Notes: generated by a model not told the origin, from the sequence alone. A stretch of 60,742 nt of DNA from an uncultured Planctomycetales bacterium (GCA_964535025.1 CAZHRW010000176.1:1-60742); one strand, 5' to 3'. Counted from the stretch's first letter, positions 47,451 to 57,204 are shown. Made by a program: numbers and translations.

Positions 47451-50400
47451 GGCGCTTTGCGATACCCGGCATCGCACCAGGCAGGGCCGCAGACAGCATC
47501 TCAAGAACATTGATCTCCAGCGCGCGTGGGTCTGATGCAAGGCGCGAAGCCCTCCGGCGCCGGAGTCGTCGTTGCGGGCCCACGTGGACCGATTTCAGTT
47601 CCATCGCGGGTGTGCCGGTGCGTTCCTGTCGTCCGGGCCCAAGGGTGTCCTTCATCCACACGGCCGCTTCCGGGTCGGGCCTGGCCGCGATCATCAAGGC
47701 AAGCGAGTCGACGGGTGCGGCACGGGTGCCGAAGTTCTGCTTGAGGATCCCGAAGTCGTCCAGGTCGACGGCGCCGTTGGCGTCGAAGTCGCCCTGCGGC
47801 CATCGCGCGTCGGCGCGGCCGAAATTCTGCTTGAGCGCGAGGAAGTCGTCGAGGTCCACATCGCCGTCGCCATCGGCGTCCCCGCTTTTGCCCGGGCCGA
47901 AGTTCTGCTTGATGCTCATGAAGTCGTCCAGGTCCACCGTGCCGTTTCCGTCGAAGTCGCCCTGCGCCCACGTCGCACCGGTGCGGCCGAAGTTCAGTTT
48001 GACGACGACGAAATCGTCGAGGTCCACGTCGCCGTCACAGTCGGCGTCGCCCGGTCTGGACGTCAACGCCGGCGCGATGGTAATCGACACGACAGCGGGA
48101 TCGCTGGTCAGCGCATCGACGCCGATGGGGTCCCCGCGGTCGAGGACCGTGTAGCTGAAGCTGTCGGCGCCTTCGTACCCGGCGTCGGGCGTGTAGGTGG
48201 CCACGTGGTCGGCAAGCGACACCTGCCCGTGTTGCGGGGCGACGACGATCTCGAAGAACAGGCCCGCCATCGCCGTCTCGACGTCGCTGCCATTCAGCGC
48301 GATCGTTCCGGGCTCGCCGGCCGCGACATCGGCGGCGATCGCGTCAGCGGCGGGCCTGTCATTGAGGGCCGCGACCGTCACGGTCACGGTGGCGGCGTCT
48401 TCCCGGCCGCTCGAATCGACAACGGTGTAGGTAAACGCATCGGTTCCATTGAAATCGGCGGCGGGCGTATAGGTGAACGCCCCGGCGCCGTTGTACGCGA
48501 CGGCCCCGTGACCGCCCTGCGTGTAGTCGATCACGGTCAGGTCGGCACCGGCGTCGACGTCATTGGCCAGCAAGTCGCCGGAGATGACCGCCGTGTCCTC
48601 GGCGGTTGCGAAGGCATCATCCTGCGTGAGCCGGGGCGTGAGCGCCAGGGCGACGAGACCGCCGGCGCTCGAGCCGTCCGGGTCGAGGTAGGACGTCGAC
48701 GCGGTCGGATCGCTGAACCCGCCATTGAAGATGGACTGGACGGCGAGCGTGCCGCCGAGCTCGGCGACCGCGGCAATCTTCGACGCCGCCCACCCGCCGC
48801 GGGTCAACACGCGCGGCGGCGACCAGGGACTGGCGCGGTCGATCCGGTAGACGTTGAACTGCATCCCCTCCATGCCGGTGTAAAGCACGCAGACCCGCCC
48901 GTCCTCGTCGACCGTGACGGACGGTTCCCCGATGAACGTCCAGTCGGCCAGCACGACGTCGACCGCCGACCACTGCGTGCCGTCGTAGCGGCTGGTGCAC
49001 AGGCTGTAGCGACGGCCGTCAAAGCTCACCCAGAACGCCTCGACGGCGCCGTCGGGCGTGCGGACGAGCTTGACGTACTGGTTGCTCGCCTGCCCGTCGG
49101 CGACCAGGGTCGCCGCGTCCCATTGCTCGGTCGCGACGTTCCAGGCGGCGGCATGCACCGACGTCGAGGGGGACGCATCCCGATTGACCGTTCGGTCTTC
49201 GTCCTCGTCGCCCAGCCAGACGACCACGGGGCGGTTATCGCCCGTATACGCCACCTGGGCGCCCCACTCGGCGTAGCCGTTGTCGGTCAGGGCCGCGACG
49301 GGCGCCCATGCGGCGCCGTCGGACGACCGGTAGACGATCTCCTGGCCGGCCACGTCGATCAGATCGGCATCGGCCGCGGCCCGCTCCCACACGGCGACCC
49401 CGTCGGCCGAGCCGGGCGCGAAGGCGATGGCGGGCGCCCCGTGGTTGTAGGCGTCGTCCGTCAGCGCTTCGATCTGCCAGCTCTCGCGCTGGGCGTCGTA
49501 GCGCGCGATCCGGAGGTCCTGCTCGGCCGCGAGCTGCTCGTAGGTCATCGTGTCGAGGTCCGCCGCGTCCGTCCGGCCCTGCACCCAGACGACGTAGGGC
49601 ACGCCCGCGGCGTCGTAGGCCACCGCCGGCGACGACTCGACGGCCGACGACGCGGTCAGCGGCTCGGTGGGGCCCCAGATGTCGCCCAGGGCGGTGCGGG
49701 ATCGCACCCGCAGGTCGTGGCGATGGCCCGAGGGGTCGGTCGGGTCGTCGTACACGGAGACCGCCAGCGCGTTGCCGTGCCCGTCGGAGGCCATGACGAC
49801 GTCAAGCACGTGGGGCCCCCCGGTCAGCGGGTCGTCCTCCGTCATCACGACGTCGTCGCCGTCATTGGCGAAGAAGTCCCATTGGGCCACGCGCCACGTC
49901 CAGCTCTTGGACCAGTGGAACAGGTCCAGCAGCAGCCCGCCGCTGATCTCGAACCCCAAATCCAGCGCCCCCGGCGCCGCGATGTCGAAGCCCAGCTCGC
50001 CGTCCCATTCGAAGCTGATCTCCTGGGTCAACGCGCCGAACAGCGAACTGTGCACCTGGCCCAGCAGGCCGCACAGGGCCTCGACGCCGACAAAGACCTT
50101 CGGCGCGATCGTCGCGCTGGTGAAAATGCCGATGTCGGTCATCTTCAGGACCGATTCGCTGTCCAACTGCGCCACCAACGACGCGCCGAGGCTGAGACTG
50201 ATGGTCATGCCCCCGCCGACCACCGCATCCAGCAGGCCGGGGACGCTCGTGTAGATCGGGTAGCGCATCGTGAAGAACGTGAAGTCGCGGCTGTAGTCCA
50301 TCGCCAACGTGATTCGCCCGGCGGCCCCTTCCCAGTCGAGGTCATCGCTGAAACTGAAGATCAACTCACCGGTCAGGCTCCCGTTGAAGGAGCCGTCGGA

Positions 50401-52797
50401 GGCCTCGGCATCGTCGCTGGAGGTGTCGGCGTCGCCATAGCCGTCCTCGTCTTCATCGCTGAACGACTTGCTCCTGGACAGCTCGATGAACCGGTCGTAG
50501 ACGGTCCAGCTCAGCACCTCCACGTGCAGGCCGTACGAGATCGGCCCGGGCGTGACGTTGCCCTCGATGTCCGAGATGATCTGGAATCGCGAGCCCGCCC
50601 AGAACCCGGTCCACTTGTGCGCGAAGTCGATCAACTCGAACCCGAACACCGGATCGCTGAAGGTCCAACTGTCGGGCGTGAAGAACCCGTAGTTGACGTC
50701 GCGGACCTCCAGATCGAAAACGTAGCCGACCTCCTCCTGGAACCGGGCGGCGTAACTGATCTCGTCCTTCTGGAACCATTCCGGCAACATCAGCAGGTCC
50801 ACGTCGAAGCTGTACGCCTGCGACACCCCGTCGGCGACGACGACGAGCGGACCCGGCGCCGCCAACTGGGACATGTTGATCTCGGCGGTGAACCCGTCGG
50901 CGGGCTCGTCGTCCACCACCGTCACGCCGCCGACAGAGAACGAGACGGTCTCGGCGGCGCCGTCGAGCTCGGCGGTGAAGGTGGTGAGGACCTCGGGGAC
51001 CTCCGGCCCGGCGATGTAGCGCATCGGGTCCTGGAACTGCGGGTCGTCAGGATCGCGGCTGGAGGTGACCGAGGTGATCACCGGCACCGTGTAGCCGGCG
51101 GGGATGACGACCACGCCGGCCGAGGCGCTCAGCGCGGTGTTGTTGAACTCGCCGGCGCCTTCGGGCACCACGTCGTCGGCGTCGACGATCGCCATCAGGT
51201 AATAGCTGCCCCGGGCGGCGTCCGGGGGGAGGGTCGCCGATTCCATCACGGTACGACCGGCGCCGGGACCGAGCGGATCGGTTTCGATCCATTGGCCCAC
51301 GAGGATGTCGTCGGCGTTGCCCCGGGTTTCATCCAGCGAGAGCACCAGCTGGATCGCGAATCCGCCGGGCGCCGAGCCGTCGCCGAGGTTGGTGAGGACC
51401 AGCGCCGGCGTCAGCGAATCGCCCGGATGGTAGTAGCCCTGGGGGTAAGCCTGGAGGTCCACCGTCAGGTCGGCGGTCCCGCCGGGGCCGGCGGCGGCGG
51501 CGACGAACACGTCGACGGTCGCGTTGGCGTCCCCGTCGACCAGGTTGTCGGCCCACGACTCGAACGCGACGAACCCGCCGTCGGCCGAGATCGCCGGGGC
51601 GGCGCTGTCGTCCTCGGCCTCGACGCCGCCGGGCCCGTCGCTCAGACGGCTGACGGTGCCCTGGTGCCGGTCGACCAGGAACACATCCGCCTGCCCGTTG
51701 GTGTCGGCGGCCACGAGGTTGCCCGCCGTCGAGATGAACGCCACGAACCGCCCGTCGCCGCTGAGCGACGGCGTCATGCATTCGCCGTCAGCGGCGCCCG
51801 CGGCGGCGGTGCTGATCCGCTCGGTCGTGCCCGCGACGGTGTCGCGCAGGTAAATATCGATGCCGAAGTCCGCCGGCGCCGCCACCAGGTCGGTCGACGA
51901 CGAGACGAACGCCACGTACCGCCCGTCGCCGCTGATGTCGGGATAGGCGCCGGCGCCCCGGTCGGCCTGGTGGCCGCCGTCGCCGAGGCTCACCCGTTCG
52001 GCCGTCCCCGCCTGCATGTCGCGGACGAACACATCGGGCGCGCCGTTGGTGTCGTTCGGCGCCACGTTGGCGGCCGCCGAGACGAACGCCACGCGCTGGC
52101 CGTCGTCGCTGATGGCCGGCTGATAGCTCGGCCCGCTCAGGGGCGTGCCGTCATAGCCGATCGCGACGACCGGCTCCATGCTCAGGTCGGCCAGGTCGAT
52201 CCGCCAGATCCCCATCGACCCGAGGTAGGGCCCGGACATCGGCATGTACTCGACGGCGACGAAGGCCCCGTCGCCGCTGAGGGCCGGTCGCCCGCTGAGG
52301 ATCCCCATGGTGCCGGCGATCGGATGCGTCACGCGCTGAAGCTCGCCCGTGGTGGTGTCGTAGACGAACACGTCGGGGATGCCGTTCCCGTCGTCGTCGG
52401 TGAGCTTTTCGTTGTAGGACAGGAAGGCCACGTACCGGCCGTCGTCACTGATCGTGGGGGCCGTGCTGGGCCCGCTGATCCGGATCGGGGACGGCAGACC
52501 GGTGTACCCCTCCGCGCTGCAGCAGGTCAGTTGGCCGGTGAGGCGGTCGACCACGAACACGTCCGACGCCGCGTTCTCGTCGCCCTCGACGAGATTCTCC
52601 GCCTCCGAGGCGAACGCGACGAACCGCCCATCGGCACTGATGGCGGCGGCGGTGCTCGGCCCGTTGCCGGGCAGGCCCGTCTCCGTCAGGCTCACGAGCT
52701 GCGGCGGACCCGAGCCGTCCAGCAGAATGCGGGATTCGAGAACTTCGAAGGCGGGTGTCCGCGAATCCGGCTCAAGCGATCGATCAGGCATACCCAT
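47437..52797 (-). CDS. Large extracellular multidomain protein (LEPR-like motif, PD40/TolB propeller, CARDB, Ig-like/tandem-95, dockerin-like repeats)
   Basis: FEVLESRILL; repeated ISADGRFVAF; ADLTV..YYLMAIVD; YTPAADFNGTDAFTY; 4x GDxDxDGxVDLDDF...NFG. Confidence 0.88.
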   Translation of the reverse strand: MGMPDRSLEPDSRTPAFEVLESRILLDGSGPPQLVSLTETGLPGNGPSTAAAISADGRFVAFASEAENLVEGDENAASDVFVVDRLTGQLTCCSAEGYTGLPSPIRISGPSTAPTISDDGRYVAFLSYNEKLTDDDGNGIPDVFVYDTTTGELQRVTHPIAGTMGILSGRPALSGDGAFVAVEYMPMSGPYLGSMGIWRIDLADLSMEPVVAIGYDGTPLSGPSYQPAISDDGQRVAFVSAAANVAPNDTNGAPDVFVRDMQAGTAERVSLGDGGHQADRGAGAYPDISGDGRYVAFVSSSTDLVAAPADFGIDIYLRDTVAGTTERISTAAAGAADGECMTPSLSGDGRFVAFISTAGNLVAADTNGQADVFLVDRHQGTVSRLSDGPGGVEAEDDSAAPAISADGGFVAFESWADNLVDGDANATVDVFVAAAAGPGGTADLTVDLQAYPQGYYHPGDSLTPALVLTNLGDGSAPGGFAIQLVLSLDETRGNADDILVGQWIETDPLGPGAGRTVMESATLPPDAARGSYYLMAIVDADDVVPEGAGEFNNTALSASAGVVVIPAGYTVPVITSVTSSRDPDDPQFQDPMRYIAGPEVPEVLTTFTAELDGAAETVSFSVGGVTVVDDEPADGFTAEINMSQLAAPGPLVVVADGVSQAYSFDVDLLMLPEWFQKDEISYAARFQEEVGYVFDLEVRDVNYGFFTPDSWTFSDPVFGFELIDFAHKWTGFWAGSRFQIISDIEGNVTPGPISYGLHVEVLSWTVYDRFIELSRSKSFSDEDEDGYGDADTSSDDAEASDGSFNGSLTGELIFSFSDDLDWEGAAGRITLAMDYSRDFTFFTMRYPIYTSVPGLLDAVVGGGMTISLSLGASLVAQLDSESVLKMTDIGIFTSATIAPKVFVGVEALCGLLGQVHSSLFGALTQEISFEWDGELGFDIAAPGALDLGFEISGGLLLDLFHWSKSWTWRVAQWDFFANDGDDVVMTEDDPLTGGPHVLDVVMASDGHGNALAVSVYDDPTDPSGHRHDLRVRSRTALGDIWGPTEPLTASSAVESSPAVAYDAAGVPYVVWVQGRTDAADLDTMTYEQLAAEQDLRIARYDAQRESWQIEALTDDAYNHGAPAIAFAPGSADGVAVWERAAADADLIDVAGQEIVYRSSDGAAWAPVAALTDNGYAEWGAQVAYTGDNRPVVVWLGDEDEDRTVNRDASPSTSVHAAAWNVATEQWDAATLVADGQASNQYVKLVRTPDGAVEAFWVSFDGRRYSLCTSRYDGTQWSAVDVVLADWTFIGEPSVTVDEDGRVCVLYTGMEGMQFNVYRIDRASPWSPPRVLTRGGWAASKIAAVAELGGTLAVQSIFNGGFSDPTASTSYLDPDGSSAGGLVALALTPRLTQDDAFATAEDTAVISGDLLANDVDAGADLTVIDYTQGGHGAVAYNGAGAFTYTPAADFNGTDAFTYTVVDSSGREDAATVTVTVAALNDRPAADAIAADVAAGEPGTIALNGSDVETAMAGLFFEIVVAPQHGQVSLADHVATYTPDAGYEGADSFSYTVLDRGDPIGVDALTSDPAVVSITIAPALTSRPGDADCDGDVDLDDFVVVKLNFGRTGATWAQGDFDGNGTVDLDDFMSIKQNFGPGKSGDADGDGDVDLDDFLALKQNFGRADARWPQGDFDANGAVDLDDFGILKQNFGTRAAPVDSLALMIAARPDPEAAVWMKDTLGPGRQERTGTPAMELKSVHVGPQRRLRRRRASRLASDPRALEINVLEMLSAALPGAMPGIAKRPTRR

Positions 52798-53307
52798 GCT
52801 CCTCCACCGACTCGAAGTCTGTCCGCACCCGTCCGGCGCCCGGAGCCGGCCGCCGGTCCGGGCACGCACATCAACAGACTCGCCATAGAGGTGAACGCAA
52901 AGAGCCCTCCCCAAGGCCAACGCGGGGCCTTCCTTGCGCCGCTTCGCGGCATGACGATATCGTCGCCATTATACCACGCATTCGCGTTTTGTCGAGTTCC
53001 GGATGCGGGTTGCGGGGCAGAAAGGAGGAACAACGTTCGGCGCCCGTATCGGCTATGTCACGCAGCGACGACCGTCACACCACGGTGCGGACCTCCCCCG
53101 AGGAAAGCCCACGCAATGCTTGCGTCGGTCGAGGCGCCAATGCGTGCGTGAGCCGGCCTCTGCCAAAATCACCCTCGACGATCTCGCCCAGACGGTGGGG
53201 TTGTCGTGATTGTGCTGTTGCTGTGGCCGCACCTCTAGTCTCAGGCCTCTGGCCTCTGGCCTGCCGTTCTGAGGAAGCCGGCCCTCAGCGCAGCCGAAGT
53301 CGAAGAT

Positions 53308-53423
53308 CCTGAGCTTGTCGAAGGGGGGGGGGGATCTGCCGGGGGGGGGGGGGGAGAAACGCGAGCAGTGGCGTTGAGCCGTGTCGCCTGTTCTCCTGGC
53401 CAGCCCTGAGCCTGTCGAAGGGC
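53308..53423. repeat. Two REP-like CCTGAGC-n2-GTCGAAGGG elements flanking poly-G runs
   Basis: 53308-53325 CCTGAGCTTGTCGAAGGG; 53403-53423 GCCCTGAGCCTGTCGAAGGGC. Confidence 0.7.
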
Positions 53424-53464
53424 TCTCGTGCCGCTTCGCGGCACGCGGGAGGTGGGGGTAGATG

Positions 53465-53524
53465 AGCCGCCGGTCAACGGCCGCTCCCCGTTCCTGTCGC
53501 CGCCGCGCCACCACTCCACGCTAC
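53465..53524 (+). repeat. Group II intron 3'-end (domain VI) remnant A
   Basis: AGCCGCCGGTCAACGGCCGCTCCCCGTTCCTGTCGCCGCCGCGCCAC...CTAC matches the 3' end of the intron at 60434+. Confidence 0.8.
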
Positions 53525-53562
53525 CGGAATTATGACGACGTCCCCCGAAGTACGATGCAGCC

Positions 53563-54372
53563 TTACGCCAGGTTCTCCATCACCGCTTCGGCCAGTTCGT
53601 TCCCGGTGGAAAGGTAGCCATTGTTTGCCTGCACATACTCGATGATGGCTTGGAGGGCCTTCAGGCGCGAGTCAAGTATTTCCATCTTGGGGTGCATCGA
53701 CAGGCTCATGTATCCGCCCTGTTCCTTGACCGCATCCACTTCCTCTAAGACCAGCGCTTTGAACTGGCCGGCCGACCGCCTGTTTACTTCATAATGAGGA
53801 TAATCATCGAGGTACGTGCTCACCGGCAATTCGACCACAGCCCCCCGGTCCGGCTCATGGACAAGGATGTACGGCGCATTCGAGTCCATCATGCTGCTGT
53901 CGTGTTTGAAACCAAACTCCGAGATCAGCGTCACTGTCCCCTCATTCATCCGCCAGTACGGCGCCCGGAACCCGGCCGGGGGCCCGCCGAAAAAGCTTTT
54001 GCAGAGCGCATCTGACTTTTCGAAGACCCCGCGCTCTTCTTCCGCGGAAAGATGGATCAAATGCTCATGCAGATACCCATGGCATCCGATCTCATGGCCC
54101 TGGTCGGCGATCCGGGTGATGAGTCCCGGATGCTGTTCGATCAACCACGTGCAGATGTAAAAGGTCGTCTTGACACCACACGCATTCATGATGTCAAGCA
54201 GCCGACCAATCGCCCCCAGTCCCGCTCGACCCCGCGTCAGCGAAACATAATCGCGCGGCTTCTCCCTGACCTCCGGGGCATCGGCCTCGAAATCAAACGA
54301 AAGGAAAAACGCGAACGACCTGCCCTCCGGCCACGTCCATTCTATTGTCCGCTCCTGACCTGACTGATTCAT
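53563..54372 (-). CDS. Polysaccharide deacetylase (CE4/PuuE-like)
   Basis: SFDFE, GHEIGCHGYLH, GFRAP, DSS, MHP motifs. Confidence 0.9.
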   Translation of the reverse strand: MNQSGQERTIEWTWPEGRSFAFFLSFDFEADAPEVREKPRDYVSLTRGRAGLGAIGRLLDIMNACGVKTTFYICTWLIEQHPGLITRIADQGHEIGCHGYLHEHLIHLSAEEERGVFEKSDALCKSFFGGPPAGFRAPYWRMNEGTVTLISEFGFKHDSSMMDSNAPYILVHEPDRGAVVELPVSTYLDDYPHYEVNRRSAGQFKALVLEEVDAVKEQGGYMSLSMHPKMEILDSRLKALQAIIEYVQANNGYLSTGNELAEAVMENLA

Positions 54373-54559
54373 CTGACATTTCCCATTTGAACTCGGCCCG
54401 GCGACGCCACCGGGCGTTGGATGGCCATTTGTACCCCCTGAGCCGGTCGCGCCCAAGCGATTCTTCGTCTTTCCAGCCGGGTATCGAGCAGATCGTCGAG
54501 GAGCTGTGGTCTCCGTTCGACGCCGAGGAGAACGGGGGCCGCCACGACGACTTGTCTCG

Positions 54560-54600
54560 CCCCCCGCTCCCGTCGCCACAGCGCCACATCTCGACGCTAC
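54560..54600 (+). repeat. Group II intron 3'-end remnant B
   Basis: CCCCGCTCCCGTCGCCACAGCGCCACATCTCGACGCTAC followed by CCGA. Confidence 0.8.
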
Positions 54601-54649
54601 CCGATCAGGAGAATGCGTTTGCCCTCGTGGACCACCTCAGTTCGCAACA

Positions 54650-54940
54650 TTATTCGTCGCCCATGAAGGGTAGTATCTCCATACTCTCTGGTATAGTCTC
54701 CAGAACCCGTTCGACTGCTTCTCGCATTTCCTCAGTTAGCCCATCACGTGTCTGTTTCTCAGCTGGCAGCATCATCCAGCATACATTGACTACTCCGCGA
54801 AGCATCCTGTTAAGGCCAAGCGGCCCAATTCGTCTTCGAAGCTCGTCCAACTGCTTCTTGAGCTCCTCAGGGTCTTCGCCATTTGCATTCAAAAACAGCA
54901 TACCATCATCTCCCGCTTCTTCAATTCCGGGGACGCGCAC
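54650..54940 (-). CDS. Hypothetical acidic helical protein (lower GC)
   Basis: 96-aa ORF with protein-like composition; no recognised motif. Confidence 0.5.
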   Translation of the reverse strand: MRVPGIEEAGDDGMLFLNANGEDPEELKKQLDELRRRIGPLGLNRMLRGVVNVCWMMLPAEKQTRDGLTEEMREAVERVLETIPESMEILPFMGDE

Positions 54941-54975
54941 TTAATACTTCTATCCTATCTCATCCGGCCCGGTTT

Positions 54976-55711
54976 TCATCGCGTTGCCCTTTGACGCTTC
55001 GGTTTGGGACCGCGCTTCTTGGGTGTCAGATCGCGTCCGAGCAGACGGCCCAGCGAGGCCAGGAAGCGGCCGTCCCCGATAGGACGGCCTGCCGTGAGCC
55101 TTGTCGAACGGGCCGGTCGTCTCGCCGCGACGCAGCAGCGGGGCCACTGTTTCGCAGTCATCCCGGGCGAGGTACTCGCCCCACGGGCAGATCCAGCCGG
55201 CAATACGCTCGGCGAGCCAGCCGGTCTCTGCGATGGCGTCCGGACGGCCGCCGACGTGGGCCGCGGCGCTGCTCCAGGACCAGTGCTCGGCCCGCTCGGC
55301 CAAGTGCGCTTTCACCGGGTTGCGCTCGATATACGCCGCGGCATTCAGAAGATACGCCTCGTCCATCACGGCCGACCCGAACCGCCCCTGCCACAGGTAG
55401 CCCCGCCAACGCTCCCGGAAGTTGATCCGCCGCGTGTACCGCACGTGCACCTGGCCCACGGCCGCCGCCAAGGCCTTCTCCTCGCCCGGCACGAGCACCA
55501 GGTGCACATGGTTGGGCATCAGGCAGTAGGCCAGCACCCTCACGCCGCAGCGGCCGCACTCGTCCTTCAGCAGCGACAGGTACGCCCGGTAGTCGTCATC
55601 GCAGAAGAATGTCTGCTGCCGCTGGTTGCCCGTTCGACGCCGCTCACGGCAGGCCCGCTGCGTCACATGGTGCGGCATCTCCTGAACCACGATTCGCCCC
55701 GTTCTGCCCAT
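54976..55711 (-). pseudogene. HUH Y1 transposase (RAYT/IS200-like) interrupted by two mini-insertions
   Basis: PHHVTQR-GN, AYCLMPNHVHL, GYLWQGRF, YIERNPV; 24-bp in-frame insert at 55631-55654 and 25-bp frameshifting insert at 55090-55114. Confidence 0.88.
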
Positions 55712-55718
55712 GCCCAAC

Positions 55719-55747
55719 CCTATAGCACGCGTGGGGAACACCGTCAA
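55719..55747 (-). promoter_or_regulatory. Putative sigma70 promoter of the transposase (likely leaderless mRNA)
   Basis: TTGACG-17 nt-TATAGG, then 7 nt to the ATG. Confidence 0.55.
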
Positions 55748-55757
55748 TATTATTAAG

Positions 55758-56527
55758 ATCGCGGTAGGGACGGGCCTTTCGGCCCGCCCCCCGCACAGAT
55801 CCGTACGTGAGGAACTACCTCATACGGCTCCTACCTTGGGTCGTGCCGTCGGGCGTTCACGTGCAACGCCCGGCGCGAGCGGACCGATCCTCTGCAACGC
55901 TTCCGGCCGGCTCTGTGTCCGACTCACGCGCGATCGGTCAGCCTTGCCCGTGGTCACCGGCCTTCCCTCCCGCCGGTCCGCCGCCGCTGTGGCCGTACGG
56001 GGTCTACGGCCCCAGGCGGAGGGTTCCCAGTCGGGCCCTTTCGGTTGCCCGGTGGGGTCACAGTTCCGCCGTCACCGTCAATCACGCGCGGCCGGGTTTT
56101 GTTCCCGGCGTTCTGCGGTACTACGCTGGTGTCAGACTTCCCGCCGGCGTGCACGTCAGGCGTTCGGCCACAGGCCTTCCCTGACCGACCCGATCGCGGC
56201 CATCGACGCCGCGAGGCGGGTACCGACGGGATCTCCCGGTTCTCGGGCATGGAGCGTCCATGCATGCTCGGGGTCTTCGACTCCGCGGGGCCGATGACGC
56301 GGCTCGCGAGAACGCCACGCATCGTGTTGCCTTCCCTTACGCGCAACGAGGTCGGCACCCCGGAAAGGGTGATTACGGAGCTCAATACCCGGCCTGCATG
56401 GTTCCCCTGTCAACGCTTGCGTCGTGCCCTTGCGGGCGCACCGCCATGACTCGGGGTCGTGGTAGGTCGCTACTGCCTCACGGTATGGCGCTTGCATCCA
56501 CTACGCTCCGTCAGTTACTGGCGCTTC
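55758..56527 (-). mobile_element. ORF-less group II intron (resembles bacterial class E)
   Basis: DV GAGCCGTATGAGG-TAGTT-CCTCACGTACGGATC (55798-55830); DVI ending CCCTACCGCGAT; DI motifs CCCGAGTCATG, GCGTTGACAGGGG, GAGAACCGGGAGATC; no RT ORF; 5' end approximate. Confidence 0.88.
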
Positions 56528-56557
56528 TCCCCGGAACTCCGAACTCGCGAAGAAGTG

Positions 56558-56593
56558 CGTTCTCGTCGCCACTGCGCCACATCTCGACTCTAT
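56558..56593 (+). repeat. Group II intron 3'-end remnant C
   Basis: CGTTCTCGTCGCCACTGCGCCACATCTCGACTCTAT. Confidence 0.8.
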
Positions 56594-56760
56594 CCCAAGT
56601 CCACAGAATCGCCACAAAGCGACTGAGACGACCGCGAGACACTATGGGCAAGCATGCACATCGGATGCCGGAGCAATCGGCCTCTCGGGAGCGCAGCCCA
56701 CCATGAGTAGGCAACTAATCAGAACAAGAATTGCCAGAAGATATCGACAATGGCTTATCA

Positions 56761-57204
56761 TCAGCGAGCTCCAGAGATCTCGACACGGTACCTCTCGGCG
56801 GACCCCTGCAGACTCGAGCAGGAATACGCCTTGGTTTCCTGAGAACGCAACACAACCGTCTCAATCGCCGACTCATCGACTTGGGCCCCATCGGCGGTGA
56901 AAAATTTCGTTTGAACATCAAGACGCTGCATGTGGTCGGTTCGATTGCGCAAGGCAATCTCCACATTCATGAAGCCGGTCGGCGTTGTCGTCTTAACATT
57001 CCGATCGACAGCGATCTTCGACTGTTTCTCCCACGGCAGCCACGCCGTCCAGTTAGTGATCGATCTATCCAGTATGAGCACTGTATTGTATGGAATGGAC
57101 ACATCAGCATTAGAGATGGCAACTGACGGTCCCTCGGTCCTGCATCCGGCGAGGATGGGCACGCTCAACACCGCCGTAACAACGAAGACCCTGAATGAGG
57201 TCAT
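56761..57204 (-). CDS. YcfL/DUF1425-like lipoprotein
   Basis: Lipobox LAGC; LRNRT...QTKFFTADG; adjacent to the LpoB-like gene. Confidence 0.7.
   Translation of the reverse strand: MTSFRVFVVTAVLSVPILAGCRTEGPSVAISNADVSIPYNTVLILDRSITNWTAWLPWEKQSKIAVDRNVKTTTPTGFMNVEIALRNRTDHMQRLDVQTKFFTADGAQVDESAIETVVLRSQETKAYSCSSLQGSAERYRVEISGAR

Noticed and set aside
47720-48050. Four similar repeats as a possible TR/VR pair or CRISPR
   Set aside because: They encode dockerin/EF-hand-like protein repeats and the differences are not adenine-specific
53150-53209. AraC-like helix fragment ITLDDLAQTVGLS
   Set aside because: Too short, no credible start; at most a relic
53323-53354. G-quadruplex or phase-variation tract
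   Set aside because: Intergenic homopolymers that may be sequencing artefacts; cannot be supported without reads
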